Source of the DNA: the human T2T-CHM13v2.0 reference genome, Homo sapiens
Assembly: GCF_009914755.1 (NCBI RefSeq)
Contig: NC_060928.1
DNA length: 64,000 nt
Strand: one strand, 5' to 3'
Below the pieces are notes generated by a model. It ran no database searches, was not told where the DNA came from, and saw only the letters and a program-made list of their open reading frames with translations. Position numbers and translations under genes: made by a program. Within the stretch, counting starts at the first letter, position 1; each line of letters opens with the position of its first letter. This document shows positions 52,242 to 64,000 of this stretch, one piece after another.

Positions 52242-54273
52242 ACAGGTAAGAGTTTATTAGGTAAAACTCTCTTAGGAATATTAAGTAATATATTTAATTG
52301 TCAGAAAACCAGTTTCAAATTGTTCTTTATAATGAAAAGAATGAAACTTTATGAAGTATTTTTTATAATAGCCTTGTTAATTATAGACTCATTAAGCAAA
52401 TGTTTTAAAAAGTTAAAGTGGTTTCTGTATTTTCAGGTCTTCTCAAAACATTTAACATGCTAGTATACCTTGAACCACCAAGATGGTAAACAGTATTATA
52501 AATTCGATATATTTGGAGTTACTGTGTTATTTATAGATTATCCAAGTATTTCTCAAAAGTATCTGAGAATACGACTCTCTTGTTTTTCAACCTTAAACCC
52601 AAGTCTTATTGAAACAATTTGGGATAAAAGTTGTATTTACTAAGATTTAGTGTTTAGTTTATTCAACAAGGTACTTCTTGAGGAAGATAAGTTTTAGTAG
52701 GAAGTTAAAAGATAGCTTATTTGAGTCAAGATTATTACCTCACAAAGTCTTTTTTTACATGTAGAGGCAAAAGAATGATGTTTTCTAGGATGTAATTCAT
52801 GTACTACATCTGTGTCCTTGAGTAAGTTAATTTGACCTTTTTGTGCTTCACTTCCTCATTGACAAAGGGGATAATAATAGTACTTATAAGTCTGTTATGT
52901 GGATTCAGTTGTACTAATCTTGTGTGGTTATTTTTATCACTTAATAATATTGCCATTACAATTAATAAAATCTGTTCTCAGACTCAAAGAGAAATGCTTG
53001 TTATACTTGAGACTTAAAATTTTATTTTTACAGATCTTAATCTTAGCATAAAAATTCAAATAAGTGATACCAGTCTTAGAGGTCCTTACAACTTTTTATA
53101 GTTCAAAATTTGAATTACAAGGACTGATTTTACTTATAGAAATAAAACTTGAAAAGAATTGCTGTATTTTCTAAGGCTTTTCTTTTTTGCCCACATGGTT
53201 TATTTAGTGAGCTACAACTTTTTTTTTAACCTATACTGAAGCCTACCTAGATTGCTGCAGCTCTGATTGTAATTTTTTCTCTCATAAGCTGCTGTTCTAG
53301 TACTAACTTTCCAAATAGCTTAGAAAGTAGCACCAAAAGGAGTTGGATATAATTATCTCTTAATACAAAGGTAGCAAACTAGAAGATCTAGATGTATTTC
53401 TTTTTTTAATGGAAAGCAACTAGACTTATTTTCAGTACAAATAAGTATCTGTTTTTTTATTCTTGACCCTCTTTGTGTTCTTTTTGTTTGTGTGTTGCCT
53501 TGCCTGTGAAGGCATTTGAGTTTTTAATTGCTGTGTTTAATATATTTGAAGATTTTGTTCTGTTTTGTTTTTAATGTTTTCCCATTATGTATTAACTCCA
53601 TTGAGATTTCTTCCCTGATATTCAAAATTCAGTGAAATAACTGCTTCTAAGGTCAAACAGGTTTGGGAAAAACTGTATACTAAATACTTCCTTGGGAAAA
53701 TCATAGTGCATACTAGCATCCTAGGTAATTGAGGTAGCAACCTGTTTAATGTATAAGCCTATCTGTTCTAAATTTTTCTTGAGATTATTTGGCTATAGGA
53801 TGCTTGTTTTAAGAAATTCTTGCACTTTAATTGTATGGGATGTAGTTTGGGAAATACTGAAGCTAACCCAAAGACACACTTGAGTTTTATTTGTTTTTAT
53901 TTAATATGTTTCTGACTTTATTGAGGTATAAATAAAATACAACAAAATGCCCATACTTAAAGTGTACAATTTGGTTCATTTTGATTTATGTCTACATCTA
54001 TGAAATGACACCACAATTAAGAAAACAAACATTTCTTTCACCCCCAAAAGTTGCCCGATGCCCCATTGTAATCCATTCTTCCTTCCATTCTCTTTCTCAG
54101 GCAGCCACTCTAGATTAGTTTGCATTTTCTAGAATTTCAACCCCTTGCTTTCGAAGGTTTAAATCGTAATCTTTAGATAATTTAAAATTTCATTTTAAAG
54201 AAATTTCATTTCTTTATTTCCTCTGCTTATTTAGCTCTTGATTTTCTATACTAGAATAGAAAGTACAAAATAA

Positions 54274-54327
54274 ATGATAGGTATTATTTATGCTTATATG
54301 ATAGGTATTATTTATGCTTATATGATA
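54274..54327. repeat. 24-bp tandem duplication
   Basis: atgataggtattatttatgcttat x2.25. Confidence 0.9.
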
Positions 54328-54619
54328 TTTTAATCTCTGTGTTTGAACCCTGCCATATTTTATGTTCTAGGAATGTATAGTAGTATAGCTTAAAAAAAAA
54401 AGTTTTTTTTTGCAGGTAAAATTTAGTGTTTGAGTGAAAGTAAGTTATTGAGATAGTTAGTTATGGTTATTGAATGTTAGAAATTGAAATAATAATAAAA
54501 TGGTACAATGAGGATTTTTTTAAAAAAAATTTCAATACAGATCTCATAGGTATCTAAAGAAATGCTTAAAATATGTATTAAAGGTCTGATAAACATACTT
54601 CATAGATGAAAAAATCAGG

Positions 54620-55200
54620 TGTCTCATCCTTAACACTGGTGGGAATGTAAAATAGTATAGTCTTAGCTACCTTGGAAAACAGTTGAGCAATTTCTCAAAA
54701 AGTTTTACTGGGAATTACTGTATGACTCAGCAGTTTCATTCCTAGTTACTTACTAAAGAGAATTGAAAACATATGTTCACACAAACATTTGTACATATTA
54801 TTCCTTAGCAGTATTATAAATAATAGCCAAAAGGTTGAAACAACCCAAATACCTATCAACTGATGAATGGATAAACAATGTGTAATCTAGCTATATGATG
54901 ATACATTATTCAGCCATTAAAAGGGATGAAGTTCTGATACATGCTACAACATGTATGAGCCTTGAAAGCATTATGTTATGAAGTCAGTTCCAAAAGACCA
55001 CATAAATTTATACAAAAAGTCCAGAATAGGCAAGTCTGTAGAAATACAAAGGCTAGTAGTTGCTGGGGCTGAGAGAAGAGAGAGTGGGAGTAACTGCTAA
55101 TAGATAACAGAGTTTCTTTTTAGGATGATGAAAATGTTCTAGAATTTTATAGTGGTGCTAGTTGTACATGTGATAAAAATCACTAAGTTGCACACTTAAA
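54620..55200 (+). mobile_element. Old L1M 3' end
   Basis: ctggtgggaatgtaaaatagta...gaaacaacccaaatacctatcaactgatgaatggataaac...gatgatgaaaatgttctagaa. Confidence 0.75.
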
Positions 55201-56019
55201 GATAGAAAGTGGATGGATATGGTGGTAGAACTCACATAGCTAACAGAGAAGAAAGAAACCAATTATGAGGAATATATTTTTTAAATGAAAAATTAGTCTA
55301 AAGAGTATCTAGTCAGAAACAAAAGAAAAAGGGAGTCAAAATTAATTTGAGAAGACACTTTTATCTCACTTTAAAGTCTCTATTAAGGGTTTTCCTCATC
55401 TTTAAGACAGAAAAGCAGCTAAGAATTAGTGGTGTTTGGTCAAGATGTGTAAGACGAATTAGAAACAAAACAAGAAATACATTGAAGCAATATATCTATC
55501 CACTGTTCACATTTTCACTGAGAAACCTACTGGTATTATTCACTAACAGACTGTCTTTGTGTTGAATACAGAAAGGTGGTAGACCAAATTATAGTAACCA
55601 CATAAACAGGCCTGACAAGTATGTGGTATATGTATTACCAGTCTCTACTCTTGCTCCTGTGTCAGATGTGGCATAAGTTGTCACTCGCTTTCCTGTTTAT
55701 TCCAGACACACCACCAGAATCTTTCTGAATCTAGAATTCCTGTTAGCCATTACTGCTTAATTAGAATTGCCATTTAAGGTTAAGCTTATTTGCTGTTCTT
55801 TGTATATATCAAATTTGTTCTATGAAAATATGTGTATTCCATATATAAATAGGAAATTAAAGATAACATTTGATCAGGTTTTCTATAATCATTATGTCAG
55901 AGCAGTTGTTCTCTTTTTTTTTTTTGTTTTCCACAAAACAACCTTTACTTCAAGTGAAAGTTTAGCGTATAAAACAAGGGAATGCAGAGCTACATGAGCT
56001 GAAATGAGAGGTTGGAATG

Positions 56020-56860
56020 GGTATGATTAAAATTGCTGGCAGTACCAAATGTTAGAATGTGGAGCAACTCGAAGTCTCATATCTTACTGGTGTGAATATA
56101 AAATGGTCATACTAGAGAACTCTTTAAGCAGTATGGGTCATCTGTCCTATGACCTAGCAATCCCATTCCCAGGTATTGCCCCAAAAGAAATGAAAACATA
56201 TATCCACCAAAAGATTTGTATAAAAGTGTTCATAGCAGCTTTATTCATAATAAAACTTAGAAACAACCCAGATATTCATCATTAGGCAAATAGATAATGA
56301 AATTGAAGTATATTCACACAATGAAGTAATAACCATAAAAATGAAGAAACTACTGAAAGATACAATGTGAACGAATCTTAGAAATTATATTGAGAGATTG
56401 TCTGGATTATCTTTCTGGAATAATTATACCGAAACAAGCTATTTGAGTTTCGACTTGGCAAGGCAAGATATGTCAGTGGATTCTCTTTGTGAATGGAAAA
56501 AAAAAGCATCCTTATTTTGTATAGAGGCCGCCTCTTTTTGTAACTAATTTTTTATTGGTAAAAATTAATTCAAATGTGCTTAAAATTATGTTGAGAGAAA
56601 GAAGATAGACATAAAAATACTTAATGCATATTATATGAAGTCTAAGAACAGGCAAAACTGATCTATTGAAATAGAAATCAGAAGGTGGCTGCCTCCAAGT
56701 GAAGGTCTGTTGGCTGGAAAAGGGTACAGGAAATTTCTGGATTGGGGATATGTTTTATATCTTGTTTTGAGTATCAATTACATAGATTTATACAATTATC
56801 AAAACTCATTGAAATAAACATAGGATGTATGCATTTTATTTTATATAAATTGTATATCAG
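56020..56860 (+). mobile_element. Old L1M 3' end, interrupted by a 185-bp insert
   Basis: tatgacctagcaatcccattcccaggtatt..cccaaaagaaatgaaaacatatatccacc...aagaacaggcaaaactgatctat. Confidence 0.75.
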
Positions 56861-57954
56861 TGTTCCAAGTGTTAAGGCAGTTGAATAACACTTAGTGTAA
56901 AACTTATATTCTGAAATTGGCTCTGTATCATTCCTTAAGAAGGGATCTGAAGTACAGATCCCAGTCTGAGGAAGAAACAGTGGGATTGAAGAGCTAAGGA
57001 TGTTAATTGGGAAGAAAAACTAGGGGTGGGCAAATAAGTATATGCTAGGAATGTTAACTAATTTATTAATGTATTTTCTGAAAATTAGAATTTCTACTTT
57101 TTATTTCCTATGATACGAAAATTATATGTTACAATAGATCTGAGGAAAACATGATTGTACTTTTAGGTTCATCCCACTAAGCATTTTCAGCTTACATTTC
57201 ATTCATTGAAGTTTGGTTTGTATTGTATTTTCCAACCAGCTAGATGTCTTCCTGAATATATTTAGATTCTTAGTGATTTTAGTAAAAAATTTTATTTTTG
57301 AAATGCTTGTAAAATCTTACAAACTTCTGAAACCTTTTGTTTCCTAATCTTTGTTATTTGTGAAGGATTTTTTTCCTTTGGATTTATGCTACATGAATAA
57401 AGTCATCAACTTTTAATTTTGTATTTAATTTAGTCTCCTTGAAAATATGCAGTACAACAAATGATCATTGTATATTTAAGGGCTTAAGTTCAAGGTTTAC
57501 AGTGGGGACCATCAGGAATGAAGATAAGCTAAGCATTATGCTAGTAGCCAACTGCTTGGCTATCCGCTTTCTGAAATCTTTCCCTGAAGATAACCTTCTG
57601 TGTTCACAATTCATGAATAGGGTGCATTACCTGAAGATACCTTCAGTATCCACATTTCTTAAATAGGCTGCATTACCTCTTGAGTGGATGTAAACTCAAA
57701 ACAAAAGTGATTTCTCTTTGAAAACTACATTTCCCTGTTTGCAGTAGCCTGCTCTTCTAAATTGTATTGTTGATGACCACATTGTTAAAATTTGAAGAGC
57801 TAGGTGTATTACAGATAGATGGCTAATAAGAAATTGACTGTATTTGCATAATAATTTTCAGAAGGAAAGAATCAGACTTTTTTAAATAAAGCAGTTACTT
57901 GGGAATACATGGAGCCAGTAATGGTCCCGTTTATACTCAATACCAAACCCTTCA

Positions 57955-58330
<376 letters not shown>

Positions 58331-58586
58331 TCATCCTACTTTGGATGTTAGAAAAGTAAATGGTATCAAAGTAATTCCTCATTCATTTTCAAAATAGTGA
58401 AAATATTTGGAACTGGTTACTTTAAATGTATTTATGTCTTCCTGGAACAGATCGCTTTGTTGATCTTATGGTACCATTCATAAAAAGGTTATAAAATTAG
58501 TTTAATTAGAGTTTTATAATGCTGGAAATTAAACCTATATTTAACTGATTTTCATTTTTCCTTTTTTTTTTTTTTTCCTGAACTAG

Positions 58587-58597
58587 GTCCTTTCTGA
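58587..58597 (+). CDS. RBM46: RBM46 alternative terminal exon start, tail GPF* (470-aa isoform; 3'UTR for the 485-aa isoform)
   Basis: Very strong poly-T tract, then ctag|GT CCT TTC TGA in phase with exon 4. Followed by non-repetitive AU-rich sequence with AATAAA at 59096. Confidence 0.65.
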
Positions 58598-59030
58598 TGT
58601 TGCTTGAGCTTACTCTCCTGCAGTTGATCTCATTCCTGTTGGCTAAACATTAAGTCCCATGACAACATTAAGTTAATGCACCTATGGTGTAGGCATCATT
58701 TATAGTACCAGGACAGTATTATAGAAAAAAACCTTACCTGTACATTAGATGACCTAATTTCTTTTCTTCCATTCCTAGAAACACCATAATGTTTCTAAAT
58801 AATGATTTTATAGTCATTGTCACACCCTTGGCTTATTTTACACTAAAGAACATAGTTGAGTTTTTGGAAGGTACAGGATTTAAAAATTTGGTCTGTAATA
58901 TACACACACACATATAAATGTTGCAGTTAATGAAACAGGAAATTATTGATGCATAAGATGAATGTTTATTGTGAAACAGTATTTCAAATGTTATTTTTTA
59001 ATAATTTGGTTTAATTGGATATTTTTCTGT

Positions 59031-59089
59031 ACTATAAGTTGATAATGGTTTTTTGAAGTAACTATAAGTTGATAATGGTTTTTTGAAGT
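59031..59089. repeat. 30-bp tandem duplication in putative 3'UTR
   Basis: actataagttgataatggttttttgaagt x2. Confidence 0.95.
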
Positions 59090-59686
59090 TTATTTAATAA
59101 AGGTGATTCATTATACTGTTTTATCATACCAGTAGGACTTTTAATGTTAAATCAGTATGTTGAGTTAGATAAGTGTTTATATTAGTATTTAAATAATGAA
59201 ATATTGGCCAGCTAGTTTATACCAAATGTTTTTGCAGTCCAGGGGTGAATGTTTCTGCTGGTTTGATGCCTAATACAGCTTCAAAGAAAAAAAAAAAGCA
59301 AATATGAATTCACTGTTTTTTATCTTTTCTTCATGGACTACCCCTTAGAACCAAATTTAAAAGAAGCTTCTTTGTAGAGCAAGAGAAATGAGACGTTCTC
59401 TTTTTCTATAATCAAAACTCCAAGAAATAGTAGATATCCAAGAATTCATTCTGGTAAGATCTCTGAAACATTGCGTGAGTAAAGGAAAGGTAATACTGAC
59501 AAAACTCTCAGGATTTGCAGTGCAGTGAATGCTGAAATAATCTTTAACCAGCAATATAGTATCATCAAGATTTCCAGTGTTAGAACATTATGTTAAAATG
59601 TGATTATTGTTTAATGCTTTGTCTCTTTAAATTAAATTTGTGTCCATAAAGATGTACAGCATAATTGTTCATGTATTTATTTACAG

Positions 59687-59886
59687 ACTACAATTTCCAT
59701 CGCAGCTCAATAAATAGTCTTTCCCCTGTTAGTGCTACCCTCTCTTCTGGGACTCCCAGCGTGCTTCCTTATACTTCAAGGCCTTATTCTTATCCAGGCT
59801 ATCCTTTGTCACCAACAATATCACTTGCTAATGGCAGCCATGTTGGACAGCGGCTATGTATCTCCAATCAGGCCTCCTTCTTCTGA
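59687..59886 (+). CDS. RBM46: RBM46 terminal coding exon, Ser/Pro/Tyr-rich tail DYNFHRSS...NQASFF* (533-aa isoform)
   Basis: Acceptor ttacag|AC. 151+468+783+200=1602 nt = 533 aa plus stop, matching the recalled RBM46 length. Confidence 0.92.
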
Positions 59887-60611
59887 AGAAAATACTAACA
59901 TTAGTATGAAAATTTGTGTAAATTTGTAGTATGAAAACTTGCAAATTAAAATATTGTTTTATTTTAGAATCGGGTTTGCATATTTGGTTTTAAAAAGGTA
60001 TTTATTCCAAAGTACTAAACATCAGCTATAATTCAGAATAACATGGAGTTGTAGAATTTATAAAAATGCAAAGTTTAAAAAGTTATTCAGTGGTTTCTCT
60101 TGATAAAGGTACAGCAAACTACTATTCTTTTTAAACTTCTAGGATTTTCTTCTACTTTCTGAGTGGGCAATAGAACCTAGTCATTTATGTTTTTTTTTTT
60201 TTTTGCATAATTTTACTAAATAGTATTTCACAAATATTAAAGCACTTGAAGACAATGGTTATAGTAGATTTGATTACCAAGGATCACTATCTGTACTGGA
60301 GATTAGAACAATTATATGACCAGAAGCATCTAACCATTATGTAAAAAGAAATGATGAGACAAAAAGATTAAGATACAAATTTTGTGCAGTACTAAAGAAA
60401 AAGCAGTCTACCATTGTGGTCCTTGAAAATAACTATAGATATTTTTGTTATTTGTTAGACACAAATTATAATTTTGTTGTTAATGTATTTAAGCATTTTA
60501 TAGTTATGCTTTGTGTTTTTGATATTCTTTGTATTGTTAATAACAAGTGTTATGGGTTTTTAATGTTGAAATCATGTGTTAATTTTTGTACTTGAATTCA
60601 AATTTTTTGAC

Positions 60612-60650
60612 ATTAAATATGTGATGCTTCTATTATGTGTTTTCTTTTTA
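60612..60650 (+). terminator. RBM46: Distal poly(A) signal ATTAAA with downstream GU/U-rich element
   Basis: ATTAAA at 60612-60617, then tatgtgttttcttttt about 15-30 nt downstream. Confidence 0.7.
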
Positions 60651-60785
60651 TTAGAATGACAAAACCTTTAGTTCTCACAATCACTTTGAGCTTTTCTTGA
60701 GAACAATTTCACTTACTACTTACACAGTCATAGGCTCAGTGCTTTTATGAGACTCAAGTGAAGGATGTTGAAGAAAGTTGTTTTT

Positions 60786-61273
60786 ATATACCCAAAAGAA
60801 TATAAATCATTCTATAAAGACACATGCACACATATGTTTATTGCAGTACTATTTACAATAGCAAATACATGAAACCAATCCAAATGTCCATTAATGACAG
60901 ACTGGATAAAGAAAATGTGGTACATACACACCGTGGAATACTGTGCAGCCATAAAAAGGAATGAGATCATGTCCTTTGCAGGGACATGGATGAGGCTGGA
61001 GGCCATCATCCTCAGCAGACTAACACAGGAACAGGAAACCACCACATGTTCTTGTTCGTAAGTGGGAGCTGAACATTGAGAACACATGGCCACAGAGAGG
61101 GAAACAACACACACCAGGGCCTTTTTGGGGCTGGGGGTGAGGGGAGGGAATTTAGCAGACAGGTCAATAGGTGCAGCAAACCATCACATATGTATATCTA
61201 TGTAACCTGCATGTTCTGCACATGTATCCCATTTTTTTTGGAAGAAATATAAATTGTTTTGTAAAATAGTAAC
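60786..61273 (+). mobile_element. 5'-truncated L1 (older L1PA/L1PB) 3' end
   Basis: cccaaaagaatataaatcattctataaagacacatgcac...ggataaagaaaatgtggtacata...ggtgcagcaaacca. Possible TSD aaagtt(g/a)tttt. Confidence 0.88.
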
Positions 61274-62802
61274 AAAAGTTATTTTCAGGGACTAATAGAA
61301 ATACTTTGTTAATAGACCCAGTGAAGTTTCTGCCTTTCAGTTATGAATAATTAAAGAATTCAAGTCATTTTGACTTAAATATTTTAGTATACATTTATAA
61401 TGATTGCTAATAGTTTTTATAATTGATGTCTGAGAAATCTTTCAGATAGCAAACATTACCTTTTTTAATCAACTCATTGTGCAGCTATATGGGACAGCAT
61501 TTGTAAACAGAATTTGAAATAGTTGCAAATATTTTTTTCTCGAGTTTCAAGCAGAAGTTATATGGAAATTAATCTCAGTTTTTTCAACCTTTAATGTTCA
61601 TTCCATATAAATCATATGCAATACTTACCTTCCAGTTACTGCCTTAGGTTTTCTAATTTAAATGAGCATAGACACTGTGCTTAAAAAATACTATTTTTCT
61701 CCTTACTCAACTTTGAATTGCATAGATTTTGCTCTTTAATTGCCAGGTATATGTGGGGCTCACAGGTGCATATCACTCAGCAAGCATACAGTGAGTATTT
61801 TGTTGGTGATTGTGGTAATACCTTTGGAATACAGAGGTTACTGAGACTCCAAGCCAGAAGAAAAAGAGACACTTAGTTTTTCATAGAAATGTTTGAAATA
61901 GCCCATCATAATAATTGCAAGTTTCCACATAGCTTTTTCACTTTCAATAAAAATCAAGACAATTGAGCTTACCAACCACACATTGTATTTGGAGATCCAT
62001 GGTGATTGGATGAGAAGCATATAAGCTGTGTTAGTCAAATCCCACTCCATTAAGTAACAGCTGTTTGAACCTGGACACAGTTATTAATCTAGCCGTACTT
62101 TTCACTTCTGTAGTCATAGTATAGATAGGTAAAACGCCTGGCAAATGGAAGACATTCAGGTGGTGGGTGGTATTATATGGGTATAGTTATATGAAGAGCA
62201 TAGTACTTTGTAGTTTTTCATCCCTACTCTCTTTAACTGGAAATATAGAAATTAGCACATTCATGTCAAACACTGTCCCTTTCTGTCATGTTCTGGATGA
62301 GCAATTAATCTTGTTTATACTGAATAAAATTTTATTTGAGTTGTGAACATAGCTACTAACTATTTGCTGCTGTAGTTCTTGCAGAATAAGCTGTATAAGG
62401 CATTTGCTCCAAATGAGGGTTCCTTAGATGATCACAAACTATTGATAAGTCTTAGCCATATGATGTATCTCATTGGTCAGGGAAACCGTTCTAAAGACAG
62501 ACTTCAAATTTTGTATGCAACATTACACAAAGAACCATGGCTGACATGTGGAAGTTTATGACCTATTATGATGGAGCTAGGACCTGTCCTGGTTAAAATC
62601 CCTTGTAAGCAGAAAGATCAGAAGGTATGCAGAAAGTTTAATTAACCCTATCATTCTTCCCTAGTTTGTTTTATAGTTAGAGAGGGAAAGACTTCTTTAT
62701 GACTTAAAATGTAGAAACCATAATAGAAAAGGTTGCTAAATTCAATTTTAAAAAAGTCTGCATGGCAAGGAAGTAACACAGGTATGTCAAAAGACGATAA
62801 AT

Positions 62803-62824
62803 GACTCCGTCTCAAAAAAAAAAA
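62803..62824 (+). mobile_element. Extremely 5'-truncated Alu 3' end
   Basis: gactccgtctc followed by an A-run, inside old L1M-like sequence. Confidence 0.6.
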
Positions 62825-64000
62825 GCGATACTTGCATGTTGTTTTACAAAGGGCTAATCTCTAATATTTCTAGATATCAGAAAAAGTAACCACCCATGAA
62901 AAAAATGGATGAAATGTCTGAATAGGCAGATGACAAATGGCTCCCAAACCTATTAAAAAGGTGGCTCATGTCATTATAGGAAAGGCAGATTAAAAGTTCA
63001 GATTGGCAGAAATTCATAGTTTGATAAACGTTTGGCAAGCCTGTAAATAAGTATTCTCATACATTGTCATTGGGATTAAAAATTGGTATTTATATAAGAA
63101 GCAACTTGGCAGCTATTGTCCAAAATTACATACAAACATTTTGATCCAGCAATTCTACTCTGGGATATACTTGGATGTGTGTATGTGAAATGATACATGT
63201 GTAAAGGTATCCATCATTAGAGGACTGGTTAAGAATACATTTATCAGTACATACTATGAAGCTGTACAAAAGAGAATGACTATTCTTGATACAGGAAGAG
63301 AGGATGTTAAGTGAAAAAGAGCAAGGCTTATTTAGGAATGTATGTATAATACAGTGTTCTATGTTTTGGTAAAGAGGAAAACAACATTTGTATGTGCTTA
63401 TAGGTGCATACAGAACTCCAGAAGGATATGCAAAAAAAAAAAAAGAATTATGAGAGAAGTGGATAGGATCACAGTGTGACATCTCTTTCACTTGCAGACA
63501 CTAATAAATGATAAATAATTTTAAGTAAAAAGACACATAATTGTTCTCAGAAACAAAATGAAGAGCTCTAGTGAACAGTAATCTGAACAAAAACACATTA
63601 GGAAAAGCTGCACTGGATCTCTTTACTGAGTGACCAGAAGTTGGTGGATTTTGAGTAGAAACCCAGGGCAAAAGCTCTGCAGATGGTAAACAGCACTGCA
63701 AACAGCTGTGAACTTCACTGCTTTTGACTCAGTGGGTCCCAATATACTTGAAATGTCCTTCACTAATTATGATGTCTGTAGATATGAAGCACGTTCAGTC
63801 TGGTAGGAAAATCACAGAGAGGGCCTGTAGGATTTGATGCAAAGCTGTGTTCTTTTAGGCAAAGAATTAGTCTGCTTTTGAGAAATAACTCTTAGCCAGT
63901 TATTAAGCCCTAATAGGTACTGACTATGGGATACCCATCATGAATTGGGTGTTATTTGATCACGAAATTCATAAAGTTGAGCATGTTCAACAGCACTGCT

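Noticed and set aside
52190-52245. Alternative acceptor 4 nt downstream (ACAG|) that would read through the cassette exon
   Set aside because: The frame is open, but nothing in the sequence supports its use over the first AG.

Overview
Primate (human-like) genomic DNA, AT-rich and dense in repeats. The window holds what appears to be the whole RBM46 gene on the + strand, a germline RRM protein of the A1CF/RBM47/DND1 family. It has a CpG-island promoter (~13.0-14.0 kb) with two candidate non-coding first exons and three core coding exons (28557-31380). Three alternative C-terminal exons predict 485, 470 and 533 aa proteins, and a poly(A) site lies near 60.63 kb. Repeats include two 5'-truncated L1PA elements, about 14 Alus, MaLR LTRs, a MADE1 MITE and old L1M/L2/MIR remnants. 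There is also an internally inverted RPL19 processed pseudogene and two U2 snRNA pseudogenes, one split by a 3.2-kb L1. The most notable inferences are an inverted-Alu-flanked exon 2-4 back-splice circle (1413 nt) that would be stop-free and carry its own start codon, a splice-created uORF overlapping the main AUG, and a tail-less 185-bp orphan insertion with a target-site duplication (TSD). No prokaryote-type system is present. All identifications come from reading and recalled sequence, not database searches.
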